From: Mobula hypostoma
Lineage: Eukaryota
Length of the DNA stretch: 64,000 bases
NCBI RefSeq assembly: GCF_963921235.1
Contig: NC_086108.1
Coordinates: forward strand, 3,162,001-3,226,000
Direction of reading: 5' to 3'
The position numbers and the translations under genes were made by a program. Positions 1-13,445 of this stretch are shown here, piece after piece. The stretch's first letter is position 1. Every line of letters starts with the position of its first letter. The notes beneath the pieces are model-generated. The model ran no database searches. It was given only the letters and a program-made list of their open reading frames with translations, and was not told the DNA's origin.

Positions 1-142
1 CTGACCGGGATGACACACAGCATGAAGCCACTCAGTTCTGGGAGACTGCGATTGTGCTTTGCACCCTCCCTCCCTCCCAGTGCAGTCAGGGTAGAAATTA
101 GGGAGTAAAAAGAAAATGAGAAATTACCCAGAATGTATAATA

Positions 143-148
143 TTTATT
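143..148 (-). promoter_or_regulatory. Putative polyadenylation signal AATAAA of the RIN-family gene (second candidate at 197-202)
   Basis: TTTATT on + equals AATAAA on -, about 680 nt after the stop, followed on - by a U-rich tract (about 107-118). Confidence 0.55.
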
Positions 149-826
149 CAAAAATCTTTACAAGGTGCTGTAACCAATAGTAAAAACAAAATATAATTTA
201 TTTGTAGGGTTGGGGTAACTGGAAATTGCTGTATATCACACTTCAATATTTGTCCCACCTCTTTCTGCTCGTAACAATGCCCCGTCTCTTCCTGGATCCA
301 CTTGTTGTGTCTCTTCCTGTCTGCTCATAACTCACTGAGACTAGATATTTGACTGTGTCAGACATCACTGATTGTGATTTTCCCCTGTTATCTGCACTGC
401 TGTAATCTCCAGATGACAAGAGGGAATGCGGAAACTGAGTCCGACGAGAGGTGGACTACCGTATAAGCCTGCCAACGCGGGAGCTGTGGGGGATGCCACA
501 ATAGAGTCTCTGCTTAAGGCTGTCGGGGTGAATGACCATTTGAAGGCTGGATCCCCAGTGCAGGGGCTCCGGGTGGGTTAAACTGCCGGGAGGACGAACT
601 GAGTATTGAGATAGGTTCTGATACTAGACATCCAACTCTAACAGAAACATAGTCGTTCGACGCAGGCAGGTAGATGCATCCATGTGGACGAGAGATAGTC
701 CCGGCAATCCATCGGTGTTTGGCTGTGCATTTCACAACAGGGAGCCACATCAAGACCCTTGGATTTTGGCCTGGAACTTCCCGGCAGTCCTGCTTTGGTG
801 GTGTGGGGTGAGGGGTTGGGGGCTTC

Positions 827-1129
827 TCACAACGGGGTCAGCTGCTTCTCGTGCTGGGAGCACGGGGTCCCGTCAGCGGGTGCATACACGAAAATGAAGG
901 CTGTCCCTTCCTTCTGACGAATCTCCTGCTTGACCTGCTGGGGGCAGGCGCCTTCCTCCAGTCGCTTGTAGGAGCTGCCCCTCACCAAGAAGAGGCCGTA
1001 GACCTCTGGCTCCGACACCCCGAACTTCTCGGCACACGCCTTGCACACCTCTGTCACGGTCATGTGAGCGGGGGCCAAGATGGTCACCTGGTTCCCACCG
1101 GGCTCTTGTAGCGAGATAGACAGCAAATC
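827..1129 (-). CDS. RINL: RIN-family gene terminal exon, Ras-association (RA) domain
   Basis: Pyrimidine tract TCTCTTCTTCCCACAAAG|GAT; encodes DLLSISLQEPGGNQVTILAPAHMTVTEVCKACAEKFGVSEPEVYGLFLV...PQQVKQEI...FIFVY...TPL*. Matches the RIN RA pattern (CAEKF.V..P..Y.LF...P..IK...F.FVY). Stop TGA at 829-827. Confidence 0.9.
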   Translation of the reverse strand, partial: DLLSISLQEPGGNQVTILAPAHMTVTEVCKACAEKFGVSEPEVYGLFLVRGSSYKRLEEGACPQQVKQEIRQKEGTAFIFVYAPADGTPCSQHEKQLTPL

Positions 1130-4100
1130 CTTTGTGGGAAGAAGAGACAAGGCGAAGTTAGTGGCAGAAACTTTTAATTTCTGACAAACATCCTCATCTA
1201 CACCAAAGCTCAGTATCGTCTCAGTATTCCTGGGGGCATCACGGGCACAACCCTCCCCACCAGCAAGGACATCTTCAAGAGGCGGTGGCTTAAGAAGGCA
1301 GCATTCATCATTAAACACCCTCACCATCCACATCTTACAGGCAAAGCCATGGAGCATTACGAGACAAAAACAGGCCCTGCGGTCCATCTAGTCTGTTCCA
1401 AATGGTTTTTCTGCCTAGTCCCATGGACTATGGCCCTCCATGCCCCTTCCATCCATGTACTTATCCAAAACGTGGCAATCAAACCCATATCCACCACTTC
1501 AGTGGGCAAATCGTTCTACACTCACATCACCTTCTGAGTGAAGAAATTCCCCCTCAGGTTCCCCTTAGGCATTTCACCTTTCACCCTTAACCCATGACCT
1601 CTAGTTCCAGTCTCACCCAACCTCAGTGGGAAAAGCCTGCTTGCATTTACCCTATCTATACACCTCATAATTTTGTATACCTCTACCACATCTCCCCTCA
1701 TTCTCCTACGCTCCAGGGAATGAAGTCCCAACTTCTTTAACTTTTCCCTATAAACTGAGGACCTCGAGTCCCAGCAACATCCTTGCTAAGTTTCTCTGTG
1801 CCCTTCAATCTTATTAACATCTTTCCTGTAGGTAGGTGACCAAAAATTAGGCCTCCCCAACAGCTCCTGTACACAATTCTTTGAATTATGAAGGCCAATG
1901 TGCCAAAAGCTCTCTTTATAACCCTGTCTAACTGAGACTATTACGAATGTCTGAGAGAACGTACAGGAACTTGAAGACCCATACTCAACATTTTAGGAAC
2001 AGCTTCTTCCCCTCCGCCGTCAGATTTCTGAATGGTCCATGAGCTCCACCTCGTGATTCATCTTTTGTACAGCTTATTTATTTCTGTAACTTGTAATATT
2101 TATATCTTGTTGCATCAAAACAACAAATTTCAAAACGTATCATCATTATGTGCAGTGTTGTATGGCATTTTATGGCAAATTTTTCTACAGAAGTGGTTTG
2201 CCATTGCCTTCTGGGCAGTGTCTTTACAAGATGGGTGACCCCAGCCATTATCAATACTCTTCAGAGATTGTCTGCCTGGTGTCAGTGGTCCATAACCAGG
2301 ACTTGTGATCTGCACCGGCTGCTCACACGACCATCCACCACCTGCTCCCATGGCTTGACGTGATCAGGGTTGGGGAGGCTGAGTCCAAGGCCAGGGAGGG
2401 AAGGAGTGCCTTGCACCTCCTTTGGTTGAGACCTGTCTCCACCCTGGCGCCCAAATGAAGGTGCAGTCCATGAGGTGAAATGCAGGGTCTGCAGAGAGAA
2501 GTGACACAGCCTGGTCCAACACATTCACAGTCCTCTCTGCTACTGACAGCATCTACAGGCCCCTATCCCCCATCCCCATCTTTTCACCGCCACCATCAGG
2601 CAGGAAGTACAGAAGCCACCAGGTTTAGGAACAACTCATTTCTTACAACAACACACAAAACACGAAATGCTGGTGGAACGCAGCAGACCAGACAGCATTT
2701 TGTGTGTGTTGCTTGAATTTCCAACATCTGCAGACTTCCTCGTGTTTGCGTCATTTCTTACAACCATTAGTCTCTTGAACTGACTGCACAGTCCTAACTC
2801 CACCTCTGCAACAGGACACTACTGACCACCTCTTGCTCTGCAGATTATATTGTTTGTACCAACGACTTGCTTTGCACACTCTTTACTGTACTATTCCTGT
2901 GCTGTACTGGTCTACCATCTATGTTCTCTGTTCCGTACTTGTACATAAGACATAGGAGGAGATTTGGCCCATTGAATCTGCTCCTCCATTTCATCATGAC
3001 TGTCTCTCTCAACCCCATTCTTTTGCCTTTCCCTGTAACTTTTCACGGTCTGACTAATCAAGAACCTATCAACCTCTGCCTTAAATACATCTGATGACCT
3101 GGATGAATAAACGGTGCCCGTGGCAATGAATTCCACAGATTCACCACCCTCTGGCTAAAGAAATTCCTCCTCATCTCCATACAGATAACCATAACCTTAA
3201 CAATATGATTTGATGGAGAGGGGATGCATATTTACTTAAACAGGGCTTTCAATCCAGAAGGTTGGGCAACACTGGGCAAGAGTTTTGATTGGCTCTAAGA
3301 TTAGACATGTCTATTACCTACTATAAATACAAGAGATTCTGCAGATGCTGAAATCCAGAGCAATGCACACAAAATGCTGGAAGAGCTCAGCAAACGAGTT
3401 GCATCAACAGAGGGGAATAATAGCTGATGTTTCAAACCAAGACCTTGCATCAGAACTGGAAAGGAAGGGGGCAGAAGCCAGAAAATGGTGAGTGTGGGGA
3501 AGAGTACAAGGTGGCAGGTGACAGATGAGGGGGAATGAAGTAAGAAGCTGGGTCGTGATTGGTGGAAAAGGTAAAGGGCTGAAGAAGAAGGAATCTGATA
3601 GGAGAGGAGAGTAGACTATGAGAGGAGGGGAACCAGAGGGAGATGATGGAAAGGTGAGAAGGGAAGGTTAATAGGGGAGCTGGAATGGGTAAAGAGAGAT
3701 AACTAACCTGGTAATTTCCCCCCTCCTCCTTCCCATAAGAGATTCTGCAGATGATTGAAATCCAAAGCAACACACAAAATGCTAGTGGAACTCAAGGCAA
3801 CATCTATGGAGGGGATTAAAGAGTTGACGTTTCAGGCTGAGACCCTGGATGGAGCAGTCGCGGCCAGAAATGTCAACTCTTTATTCCCCTCTGTAGAGTC
3901 TGCCTGACCTGCTGAGTTCTGCCAGCGTACTGTGTGTGTTACTCACGATTTCCGGCACCTGAGAGGGAAAGGATGATAAGGTTAGGACTCCATTCCCTAG
4001 AGCCGAGAACATGAGGGGAAATTTGACAGAGGTATACCAAGTTATGAGGGGTAAATGCAAGCAGGCTTTTTCCACTCAGGTTGGGTGAGACTAGAACTAG

Positions 4101-5437
4101 AGGTCATAGGTTAAGTGTGAATGGTGAAAAATTTCATGGAAACCTGAGGGTCAATCTCTTCCCTCAGAGTGCAGGACAAGCAGCCAGTGGAAGTTGAGAA
4201 TGTGGGATGACTGCAATGTTTAAGAGCAGTCTGTGTAGGTAAATGGATGGGAGGGATATTTAGGACTCTACTCCAGGTATAGGTTGATGGTGTGAGGCAG
4301 AAGAACAGACTAGATGGGCTGAAGGGCCTGTTTTTGAGCTGTAGCTCTCTGACTATAAGGAAAGGCTGCATAGACTGAGGCTTTATTCTCCCGGAGTATA
4401 GGAAGATGAGGGGGTGACCTTATGAGGAGCAGATATCTGTGGATGGTCACAGTCTTATCCCCAGGGTAGGGGAGTCTAAAGACTAGAGGGCATGGATGAG
4501 ACGGGAAGTACTTAAAGGGGACCTGAAAGTAGAACATAGAAGAGTACAGCAAAGCATCAAGCCATTCGGCCCACAATGTATTGCCAAACTAACTGAAATA
4601 TAAATCTACAAAAAATCCAAACACTAATCCCTCCTACCTGGACGATGTCCATATCTCTCCATCTTCCTTATATTCATGTGCTTATCTGAACATCTCTTAA
4701 AAACCTCTGATCTATTTGCCTCTACCACCAGACCAGGCAGAGCATTCCAGGCATCCACCACTCACTGAGTAAAAAACTTACCCCCCACATCCCCCTTGAA
4801 CCTACCCCTCTCACCCTTGATGCATACCCTTTGGTGTTAGGCAATTCTATTCTGGGGAAAAAAGATGCTCCCTGTCTACTCTATGTATGCCTCTCATAAT
4901 CTCATGATGAGTCTACACCACTCTAGAGAAAACACCCCAGGTTTACCACCCTCTCGTGATAACACATGCCCTCTAAACCAGACAGCATCCTGATAAACCT
5001 CTTCTGTGAGGCAATGTTTTCCACACTTACATAGAGGACACACGGTATAAACTGCCAGATGATGTGATAAAGAAAGGTACTGTTACAGTATTTAAAAGAT
5101 TTTAGGTAGGAAAGACTTGGAGGGACACAGGCAACTGAGACTAACTCAGATAGGCATCTTGCTTCTCATGGCCGAGTTAGGCTGAAGGCCCAGTTTCTGT
5201 TCTCTATGACTCTGTGACTCTACCGGTTATCTTAAAACATCTCCAACAAGTCAACCCCCTTCCTTCCCATTTCTAGAGAAAGAGAGCACTCGATCTGATA
5301 CTGACTTGTTGATTATAACCCCTCCCCACCCAGTTCAGCTCATTTCTATTTTAGTGCCTTCTCCACTACCACGTCATCTTCCTAGTGAGAAGATGTTTTC
5401 ACTCTATCCTTTGGGCTGCTAAGAATGTATATGCACA

Positions 5438-5600
5438 CGAGGGGTGATTGATAGGTTCGTGGCCTAAGTTAGAAGGAGATGAGTTATACAGCTCTCATTA
5501 CATGCACGTGCAGTTCAACTCTTTAAGTGATTATGCAGAAGGTTTGAGATTAATAACTCATCTCCTACTACCTTAGGCCACGAGCTTATCAATCACCCCT
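5438..5600. mobile_element. Mariner-like MITE
   Basis: About 48-bp imperfect TIRs AGGGGTGATTGATAGGTTCGTGGCCTAAG... / ...CTTAGGCCACGAGCTTATCAATCACCCCT. Confidence 0.7.
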
Positions 5601-6040
5601 GATGAGTTATTAATCTCAAACTTTCTGTATTTGTCAACATGGAGTGGAGAGCATGTTAGTAAATCTGGCAGGAGCAAAGGATGTTAGGAATGGTGAGGGT
5701 GGAGCGCCGTGGGAGGGGTGTGGGACAGGTGGCAGAGGAGGAGATCCGGAGGCTGAGGGGTGGTGTGGGTACAGACACACCCAGACCCGAGACCACCAGG
5801 CAATATAATTTATTCCAAACTATTGGTTTATTGATCATTACAGAATGTCTCTCTGGTGCTTCCTGCTCCCTCCCCTCTCCCTTCCCCTTTTCCCAACCAT
5901 GACTCCCCTCTCCCTGCCCCCTTCCCACTCTCAGTCCACAATAGCGACCCAGATCAGAATCTGCTTCATTAACACTCACTTATATCATAGAATTTGTTAT
6001 TTTTTGCGGCAGCAGTACAGTCCAATACATAAAATTACTA

Positions 6041-6107
6041 CAGTACTGTGCAAAGCTCTTAGGCAGCCTAGCTCTATGTATGAGCCTAAGACTTTTGCAC
6101 AGAACCG
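6041..6107. mobile_element. Tc1-like mini-MITE
   Basis: TA|CAGTACTGTGCAAAGCTCTTAGGC...GCCTAAGACTTTTGCACAGAACCG|TA: TIRs with TA flanks. Confidence 0.75.
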
Positions 6108-7912
6108 TATGTCAGTGAGGGATTTCCAACTGTCAGGGTCAAAGCAGCAGAGGTCACAATGGCCAGCCCTCTTGTGCCTCTACTAATGTTATTTATTGAA
6201 CTTGATGGGGTGCTCACAGACAGATTGTGGGATCCTACATCCAGTGAAAGGGGAATCACTCATGTAAGACCGAGATGAGAAAGAATGTCTTTTTCTCAGC
6301 GGGTTGGTGAATATTATCCCAGAAAGCGGAGTCACAGAACAGCTTTGTGACCCAGAGGATTAGAGGATTATGGAGAACAGGCTTCCGAGAAGCCGAGGCC
6401 AAGATCAGATCAATCATCATCTCAGTGAGTGAAAGAGTAGCCTTGAGGTTCGTGTGAGTAACTCCTCCTCCTAGAGAGTAGGAAATGGCCATTTGGCCCT
6501 TCAAGCCTGCTCTGTTCTTCAATATGATTATAAGGCCATAACATTTGGAGCAGAATTAGGATATTTGGTCCATCGAGTCTTCTCCCAATTTCATCATGGC
6601 TGATTCATTTTCCCTCTCAGCCCCAATCTCCTGTATGCCCTGACTAATCAGGAATTATTAACCCCGCCTTAAATACTTGGTCTCCACGGAAGACTGCGGC
6701 AACGAATTCCACAGGTTCACTACTCTAGCTAAAGAAATTCCTCCTCATCTCCATTCTAAGTGGACGCCCCTCTATCCTGGAGGCTGTGCTCCCTGGTCCT
6801 AGATACCCCCACCATAGGAAACATCTTCTCCACACCCACTATGGAGATCATTCAACATTCGATAGGTTTCAATGCGGTCACCCCTCATTCTTCTGAATTC
6901 CAGTGAATACAGGCCCGAAGCCATCAAACACTCCTCATGTTTCAAAGGGTTCAAAGTACATTTATTATCAGAGCATGTATAAATGATAGAACCTTGAGAT
7001 TCATCTCCTTACAGTCAGCCACGAACCAAGAAACCCAAAAGAACTCATTTTAAAAAAGACCAACATCCAATGTGTGGAGAAAGAAGAAAAAAACACAGAT
7101 CAAGCAAACAATAATATAAAGCAAAAGCATTCCAAACCAAATACAATCCAGAGACCCGAATCCCAGAGCATCCGGATTAGGCCCATAGCCTCGGTCTCCG
7201 CTCATCATATCACTGTATGGCTAGCAAGCACAAAGCACCTTGCAGCTGGATCAGTCTCACAGCGCTCTGGAGAGAGGAGTGAACATTGCAGGAGAGATAG
7301 CAGAAGCCTTTCAATCCTGGAATCATTTTCGTGAACCTCCTTTGATCCCTCTCCAGTTTCAGTACATCCTTTCTAAGATAAGGGGCCCAAAACTGCTCAC
7401 AATACTCCAAATGAGGCCTCACCAGTGCCTAATAAAGTTTCAGCATTACATCCTTGCTTTTATATTCTAGTCCTCTCGAAATGAATGCTAACATTTCATT
7501 TGCCTTCCTCATCACAGATTCAACCTGCAGATTAACCTTTAGGGAATCCTGCACAAGGACTCCCAAGTTGCTTTGCATCTCAGATTTTGAATTTTCTCTC
7601 CATTTAGAAATGGATCAAATCAATTTGTCTTCTGTAGCCAGTAAAAGTAAATTTAACTCCTTAATATATTTAATGGCATAGTCTCCGCTTCCTTCACTGA
7701 GAGAGAGAGTTCCACAAGATCAGCACACTCTCTGGGTGAAGACAGTTCTCAAATCTCAATCCTCCACGGTAGAGTTCCCAGATTATATATCTCCCCACCA
7801 TCAGGAACATCTTCCCTGGGTCTGTTATGTCCAATCCCATCTCCAATGTCTCCTCCAACTCTTTTAAAGACCAGCAAAAAAATTTCATTGTCCCAGTCTC
7901 TCCCTCCACACA

Positions 7913-8148
7913 ACACACATCAAAGTTGCTGGTGAACGCAGCAGGCCAGGCAGCATCTCTAGGAAGAGGTGCAGTCGACGTTTCAGGCCGAGACCCTTCA
8001 TCAGGACTAACGAAGGGTCTCGGCCTGAAACGTCGACTGTACCTCTTCCTACGGATGCTGCCTGGCCTGCTGCGTTCACCAGCAACTTTTATGTGTGTTG
8101 CTTGAAATTCCAGCATCTGCAGATTTCCTGTTGATTGCGTTTTTAAAA
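7913..8148. mobile_element. Palindromic non-autonomous element (Penelope-related) with hammerhead-like cores
   Basis: About 90-bp inverted arms (7911-8000 / 8010-8100) centred near 8005; 14-bp direct repeat TCTCCCTCCACACA at 7899-7912 and 8149-8162. Confidence 0.8.
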
Positions 8149-8744
8149 TCTCCCTCCACACACTAGTCCTTCCATCTCAGAGTGAACCTTTGCTACACCC
8201 TTTCACCAACCAGAACATCTTTCCTCAGCGACAGTTAACAGAGTTCAGGAGACATCTGGGGGGGGGGGGGTGTCCAGATATAGCAAAGGTCTTGAGGGAA
8301 ATGGGCAAGTGAGACCAGCTCAGATCGACGTCTTGGTCGGCATGGGTGAGTTGGGTGGTTTCTTTGCTGTTCAACTCCATAATTAAGTTGGAACCAGAGT
8401 ATTAAGTAAGTCATTCCTCACCTAGCTTTGGAGGTTTACCGAGATAATGGAGGAGATGGGGGCAAGGTGTGAAGGATTTTAAGGAGCAGCATTTTAACAC
8501 TTGGACACACAGGCAGAATAAGCTCAAGGACAGCTTCTACTCTTCTATTATGAGGCTATGAACTGGTTCCCTATTACGATAAACACAATGCACGCTAAAT
8601 GCTGGAGAAACTCAGCAAGTCAGGGCCCTTTTGACCTGAAGCGTCCCCTCCTTAGTTTCTCCGACATGTTGCCCTAGTATGATAAGATGGACTATTGACC
8701 TCACAGTCGAACTCATTAAGAACTTGCACCGTATTGTGTTTTCC

Positions 8745-9155
8745 AAGAGGACCACAACTTTGTCGTGCTTTTGGAGGCTTGCATGCTTCAATGACCCAGA
8801 GAGCTATGCTGGCTGGAGTCAGGGCTTTATGATATGGTTCTTGGTAGGGTTACCCATGCCGAACAGGTCAAGGGGTAGAGGACAAACTGAGAGTGGTCCA
8901 CTTGTCCACTAGGTCGGGGTTTATCTCAGAGCTATCAACCCTGACTGGTAAAACAAAACTGTTACGGAAACAGCAATGAAGAATCCTTCTACATCTGAAT
9001 GTGACGGTATTCCTGAGTCTCCACCCGGGACTTGCATGGCCGACAGTAGTGAAAACCGAGAGGAAGCTACTGACGCGTTGAAGGAAGCCCTGAACACCGC
9101 CAGAGGTGGTGGACCTTCATTCCTGCCCTAAATGCCAGTGGTGTTACAGGCAGTA
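8745..9155 (+). mobile_element. Non-autonomous RTE-like short element (other copies about 14045-14300 +, 27390-27615 -, 61800-62225 -)
   Basis: Shared core CCCTGACTGG..AAACAAAACTGTTACGGA.ACAGCAATGAAG..TCC..GAGTCTCCAC across four loci; RTE assignment is inferred from the 3' end. Confidence 0.55.
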
Positions 9156-9221
9156 CTTCATTGTGTACCTGTACTGCACTTTCTCTGTAGCTGTTACACT
9201 TTGTTCAGCATTCTGTTATTA

Positions 9222-11485
9222 GGAACATAGAAAATCTCAGCACAATACAGGCCCTTCGGCCCACAATGCTGTGCCGAACATGTACTTACTTCAGAAATTA
9301 CCTAGGGTTACCCATAGCCCTCTATTTTTGTAAGCTCAATGTACCAATCCAGCATTCTCTTAAAAGACCCTATTGTGTCTACCTCCACCACAGTCACCGG
9401 CAGCCCATTCCACACACTCGCCACTCTCTGCATAAAAAAACTTACCCCTGACATCTCCTCTGTACCTACTTCCAAGCACCTTAAAACTGTGCCCTCTCAC
9501 GTTAGCCATTTCATCCCTGGGAAAAAGCCTCTGACTAGCCACATGAGGTGATCAGAACTGAGCACAGTACTCCAAGTGGGGTCTGACCAGGGTCCTATAC
9601 AGCTGCAACACTATCTCTTGGCTCTTGAACTCAATCCCATGGTTGATGAAGGCCAATGCACTGTATGCCTTCTTAACCACGGAGTCAACTTGCAAGCAGC
9701 TTTGAGAGTCCGAAGGACATAGACCCCAAGATCTCTCTGATCCTCCACACTGCCAAGAGTCTTACCATTAATACTATATTCTGCTATCATATTTGACCGA
9801 ACAAAATGAACCACCTGACACTTAATTGGGTTGAACTCAATCTGCCACTTCTCAGCCCAGTTTTGCATCCTATCAATGTCCCGTTGTAACCTCTGACAGC
9901 CCTCCACACTATCCACAACACCTCCAACCTTTGTGTCATCAGCAAATTTACTAACCCATCCCGCTGCTTCCTCATCCAGATCATTTATAAAAATCACGAA
10001 GAGTAGGGGTTCCAGAACAGATCCCTGAGGCACACCACCGGTCACCAACCTCCATGCAGAATATGACCATCTACAACCACTCTTTGCTTTCTGTGGGCAA
10101 GCCAGTTCTGGATCCACAGAGCAATGTGCCCTTGGATCCCATGCTTCCTTACTTTTTCAATAAGCCTTGCATGGGGTACCTTATCAAATGCCTTGCTGAA
10201 ATCCACATACACTACATCTACTGCTCTACCTTCATCAATGTGTTTAGTCACATCCTCAAAAAATTCAATCAGGCTTGTAAGGCACGACCTGCCTTTGATA
10301 AAGCCATGCTGACTATTCCTAATCATATTATGCCTCTCCAAACGTTCATAAATCCTGCCTCTCAGGATCTTTTTCATCAATTTACCAGCCACTGAAGTAA
10401 GACTCACTGGTCTATAATTTTCTGGCTATCTCTACTCCCTTTCTTGAATATGGGAACAATATTTGCAACTCTCCAATCCTCCAGAACCTCTCCCGTCCTC
10501 ATTGATGATGCAAAGATCATTGCTAGAGGCTCAGCAATCTCCTCCCTCACCTCCCACAGTAGCCTGGGGTACATCTTGTCCAGTCCTGGAGACTTATCCA
10601 ATTTGTTGCTTTCAGAAAGCTCCAGCACATCCTCTTTCTATATGCTCAAGCTTTTCAATCTGTTGTAAGTCATTCCTACAATCACCAAGATCCTTCTCCG
10701 TAGTGAATACTGAAGCAAAGTATTCATTAAGTACCTCTTCTACCTCCTCCGGTTCCATACACACTTTTCCAATGTCACACTTGATTGGTCCTATTCTCTC
10801 ATGTCTTATCCTCTTACTCTTCACATACTTGTAGAATGCCTTGGAGTTTTCCTTAATCTTGCTCGCAGCCAAGGCCTTCTCATGGCCCCTTCTGGCTCTT
10901 CTAATTTCATTCTTAAGCTCCTTCCTGCTAGCCTTATAATTTTCTAGATCTCTATCATTACAAAGGTTTTGGAACCTTTGATAAGCTTTTCTTTTCTTCT
11001 TGACTAGATTTTCAACAGTCTTTGTACACCATGGTTCTTGTACCCTACCATCCTTTCCCTATCTCATTGGAACGTACCTATGCAGAACTCCACACAAATA
11101 TCTCCTGAACATTTGCCACATTTCTTCTGTACATTTCCCTGAGAACATCTGTTCCCAATTTATACTTACAAGTTCTTGCTTGATAGCTTCATATTTCCCC
11201 TTACTCCAATTCAACACTTTCCTAACTTGTCTGTTCCTATCCCTCTCCAATGCTGTGGTAAAGGAGATGGAATTGTGATCACTATCTCCAAAATGTTCTC
11301 CCACTGAGAGACCTGACACCTGACCAGGTTCATTTCCCAATACCAGATCAAGTACAGCCTCTCCTCTTGTAGGTTTATCTACATATTGTGTCCAGGAACC
11401 TTCCTGAATACACCTAACAAACTCCATCCCATCTAAACCCCTTGCTCTAGGGAGGTGCCAATCAATATTGGGGAAATTAAAATCT
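9222..11485 (-). mobile_element. 5'-truncated degenerate CR1 LINE with internal deletion
   Basis: ORF fragments with SDH, DFSKAFDKVPH, GVPQGSVL, FADD; tail-like CTATGTTCC at about 9222-9230; the 9545 region skips part of the 3' ORF2. Confidence 0.88.
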
Positions 11486-11937
11486 TGTGATATTGTTTAA
11501 TCTTGTACTACCTCAGTGCAGTGTGTAAAGATTTGATATGTATGAACAGCATGCAGGACAAGCTTGTCACTGTATCTCCGTACATGTGACAGGAATAAAC
11601 CAGTAAACCAGTCCAAATGCAAAGTGAACAGTGGACAGCTGTGTTACCAACAGCTCCAAGACAATCTGAGAGAGGGTCAAGAGGAAGTTCACAAGAATGA
11701 TCCCAGGAATGAAAGAGTGAATATATGAGTTTCGTTTGATGGCTCTGGTCCTGTACTCACTGGAGATGAGAAGAATAAGGTGGGGGGGGGGGCGAGATCT
11801 CATTGAAGCCTAACAAGTAGGTTCAAGGACGGTTTCTACCCCTCAACCATCAGACTCTTGACAACTGCACTCACTTGCCCCATCAGTGATTTGTTCCCAC
11901 AACCAATTATCTTACTTTAAGGACTCTATCTCATTAT

Positions 11938-12640
11938 AGACAACAGACGATAGACAATATGTGCAGGAGTAGACCATTCGGCCCTTCGAGCCAGCACCGC
12001 CATTCACTGTGATCATGGCTGATCATCCACAATCAGTATCCAGTTCCTGCCTTATCCCCATGACCTTTGATTCCGCTATCTTTAAGAGCTCTATCCATCT
12101 CTTTCTTGAAACCATCCAGAGACTTGGCCTCCACTGCCCTCTGGGGCAGAGCATTCCACATAAAAAACCACTCTCCGGGTGAAAAAGTTTTCCCTCAACT
12201 CCATTCTAAATGGCCTACCCCTTATTCTTAAACTGTGGCCTCTGGTTCTGGACTCACCCATCAGCAGGAACATGCTTCCTGCCTCCAGTGTGTCCAATTC
12301 CTTAATAATCTTATATGTTTCAATCAGATCCCCTCTCATCCTTCTAAATTCCAGTGTATACAAGCCCAGTCGCTCCAATCTTTCAGCATATGACATTCCC
12401 ACCATCCCGGGAATTAACCTTGTGAACCTACGCTGCACTCCCTCAATAGCAAGAATGTCCTTCCTCAAATTTGGAGACCAAAACTGCACACAGTACTCCA
12501 GGTGTGGTCTCACCAGGGCCCTGTACAGCTGCAGAAGGACCTCTTTGCTCCTATACTCAATTCCCCTTGTTATGAAGGCCAGCATGCCATTAGCTTTCTT
12601 CACTGCCTGCTGTACCTGCATGCTTGCTTTCAGTGACTGA
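11938..12640 (-). mobile_element. CR1 3' fragment (very similar to the 3' end of the intact element)
   Basis: MQVQQAVKKANGMLAFITRGIEYRSKEVLLQLY...; 3' hairpin and short-repeat tail. Confidence 0.88.
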
Positions 12641-13445
12641 TTATCTCCTGTTGCTATTTATTTACATTTGCATTTTCACAGTTTGTTGTCTTCTGCACTC
12701 TGGTTGATCTTTCATTGATCCTGTTACAGTTACTATTCTGTAGATTTGCTGAGTATGCCCACAGGAAAATGAATCTCAGGGTGGTATATGGTGACATATA
12801 TGAACTTTGAACTTTGAATACAGAAAGGCCTAGACAGAGTTGGCATGAAGAGCTGTTTCCTACAGGAGACAATTCTAGGACCAGAGGGCACAGCCTCAGA
12901 ATAGAAGTACATCTCTTTAGAAAAGTGATGAGGAAGAATTTCCTTAGCTCAAGGGTAGTTAGTATCCACAACATCTTCAAGGAGCAATGCCTTAGGAAGG
13001 CAGCGTCCATCATTAAACATGCCCACCACCCAGGACATGCTCTCTTCTCACTGTTACCATTGGGAAAGAGATACAGAAACCTGAGGGAACACACTTAACG
13101 ATTCAGGAACAGCTTGTTCCCCTCTGTCATCTGATTTCTGAACAGGCATTGAACCCATTAACTCTACCTCACTATTTTTTTATTTCCATGTTTTTTTGCA
13201 CTACTGATTTTAACTTAACTACTTAATAGGCATGTACATACATCCTTATTACATACATATATACCTTTGCAAGAGTGCCAAGGGTTATGGGGAGAAGGCA
13301 GGATGGACTTGAGGGGGTGAATAAATCAGCCATGATGGAATGGCAGAGCAGACCTGATGGGCTGAATGGCCTAATTCTGCTCCTATGTTTATGAATTGAA
13401 TTCTGCACGGAGTTATTGATGGCAGCTGTCCCATCCAAGACAAAC

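Noticed and set aside
514..826. ORFs in the 3' UTR or stop-codon read-through extension
   Set aside because: TGA is followed by GAAG rather than a known read-through context, and the short ORFs have no recognisable homology.
1130..1387. N-terminal part of the 186-aa ORF 827-1387 as coding
   Set aside because: It is intronic read-through upstream of the splice acceptor at 1129 and overlaps a Rex1-like fragment.
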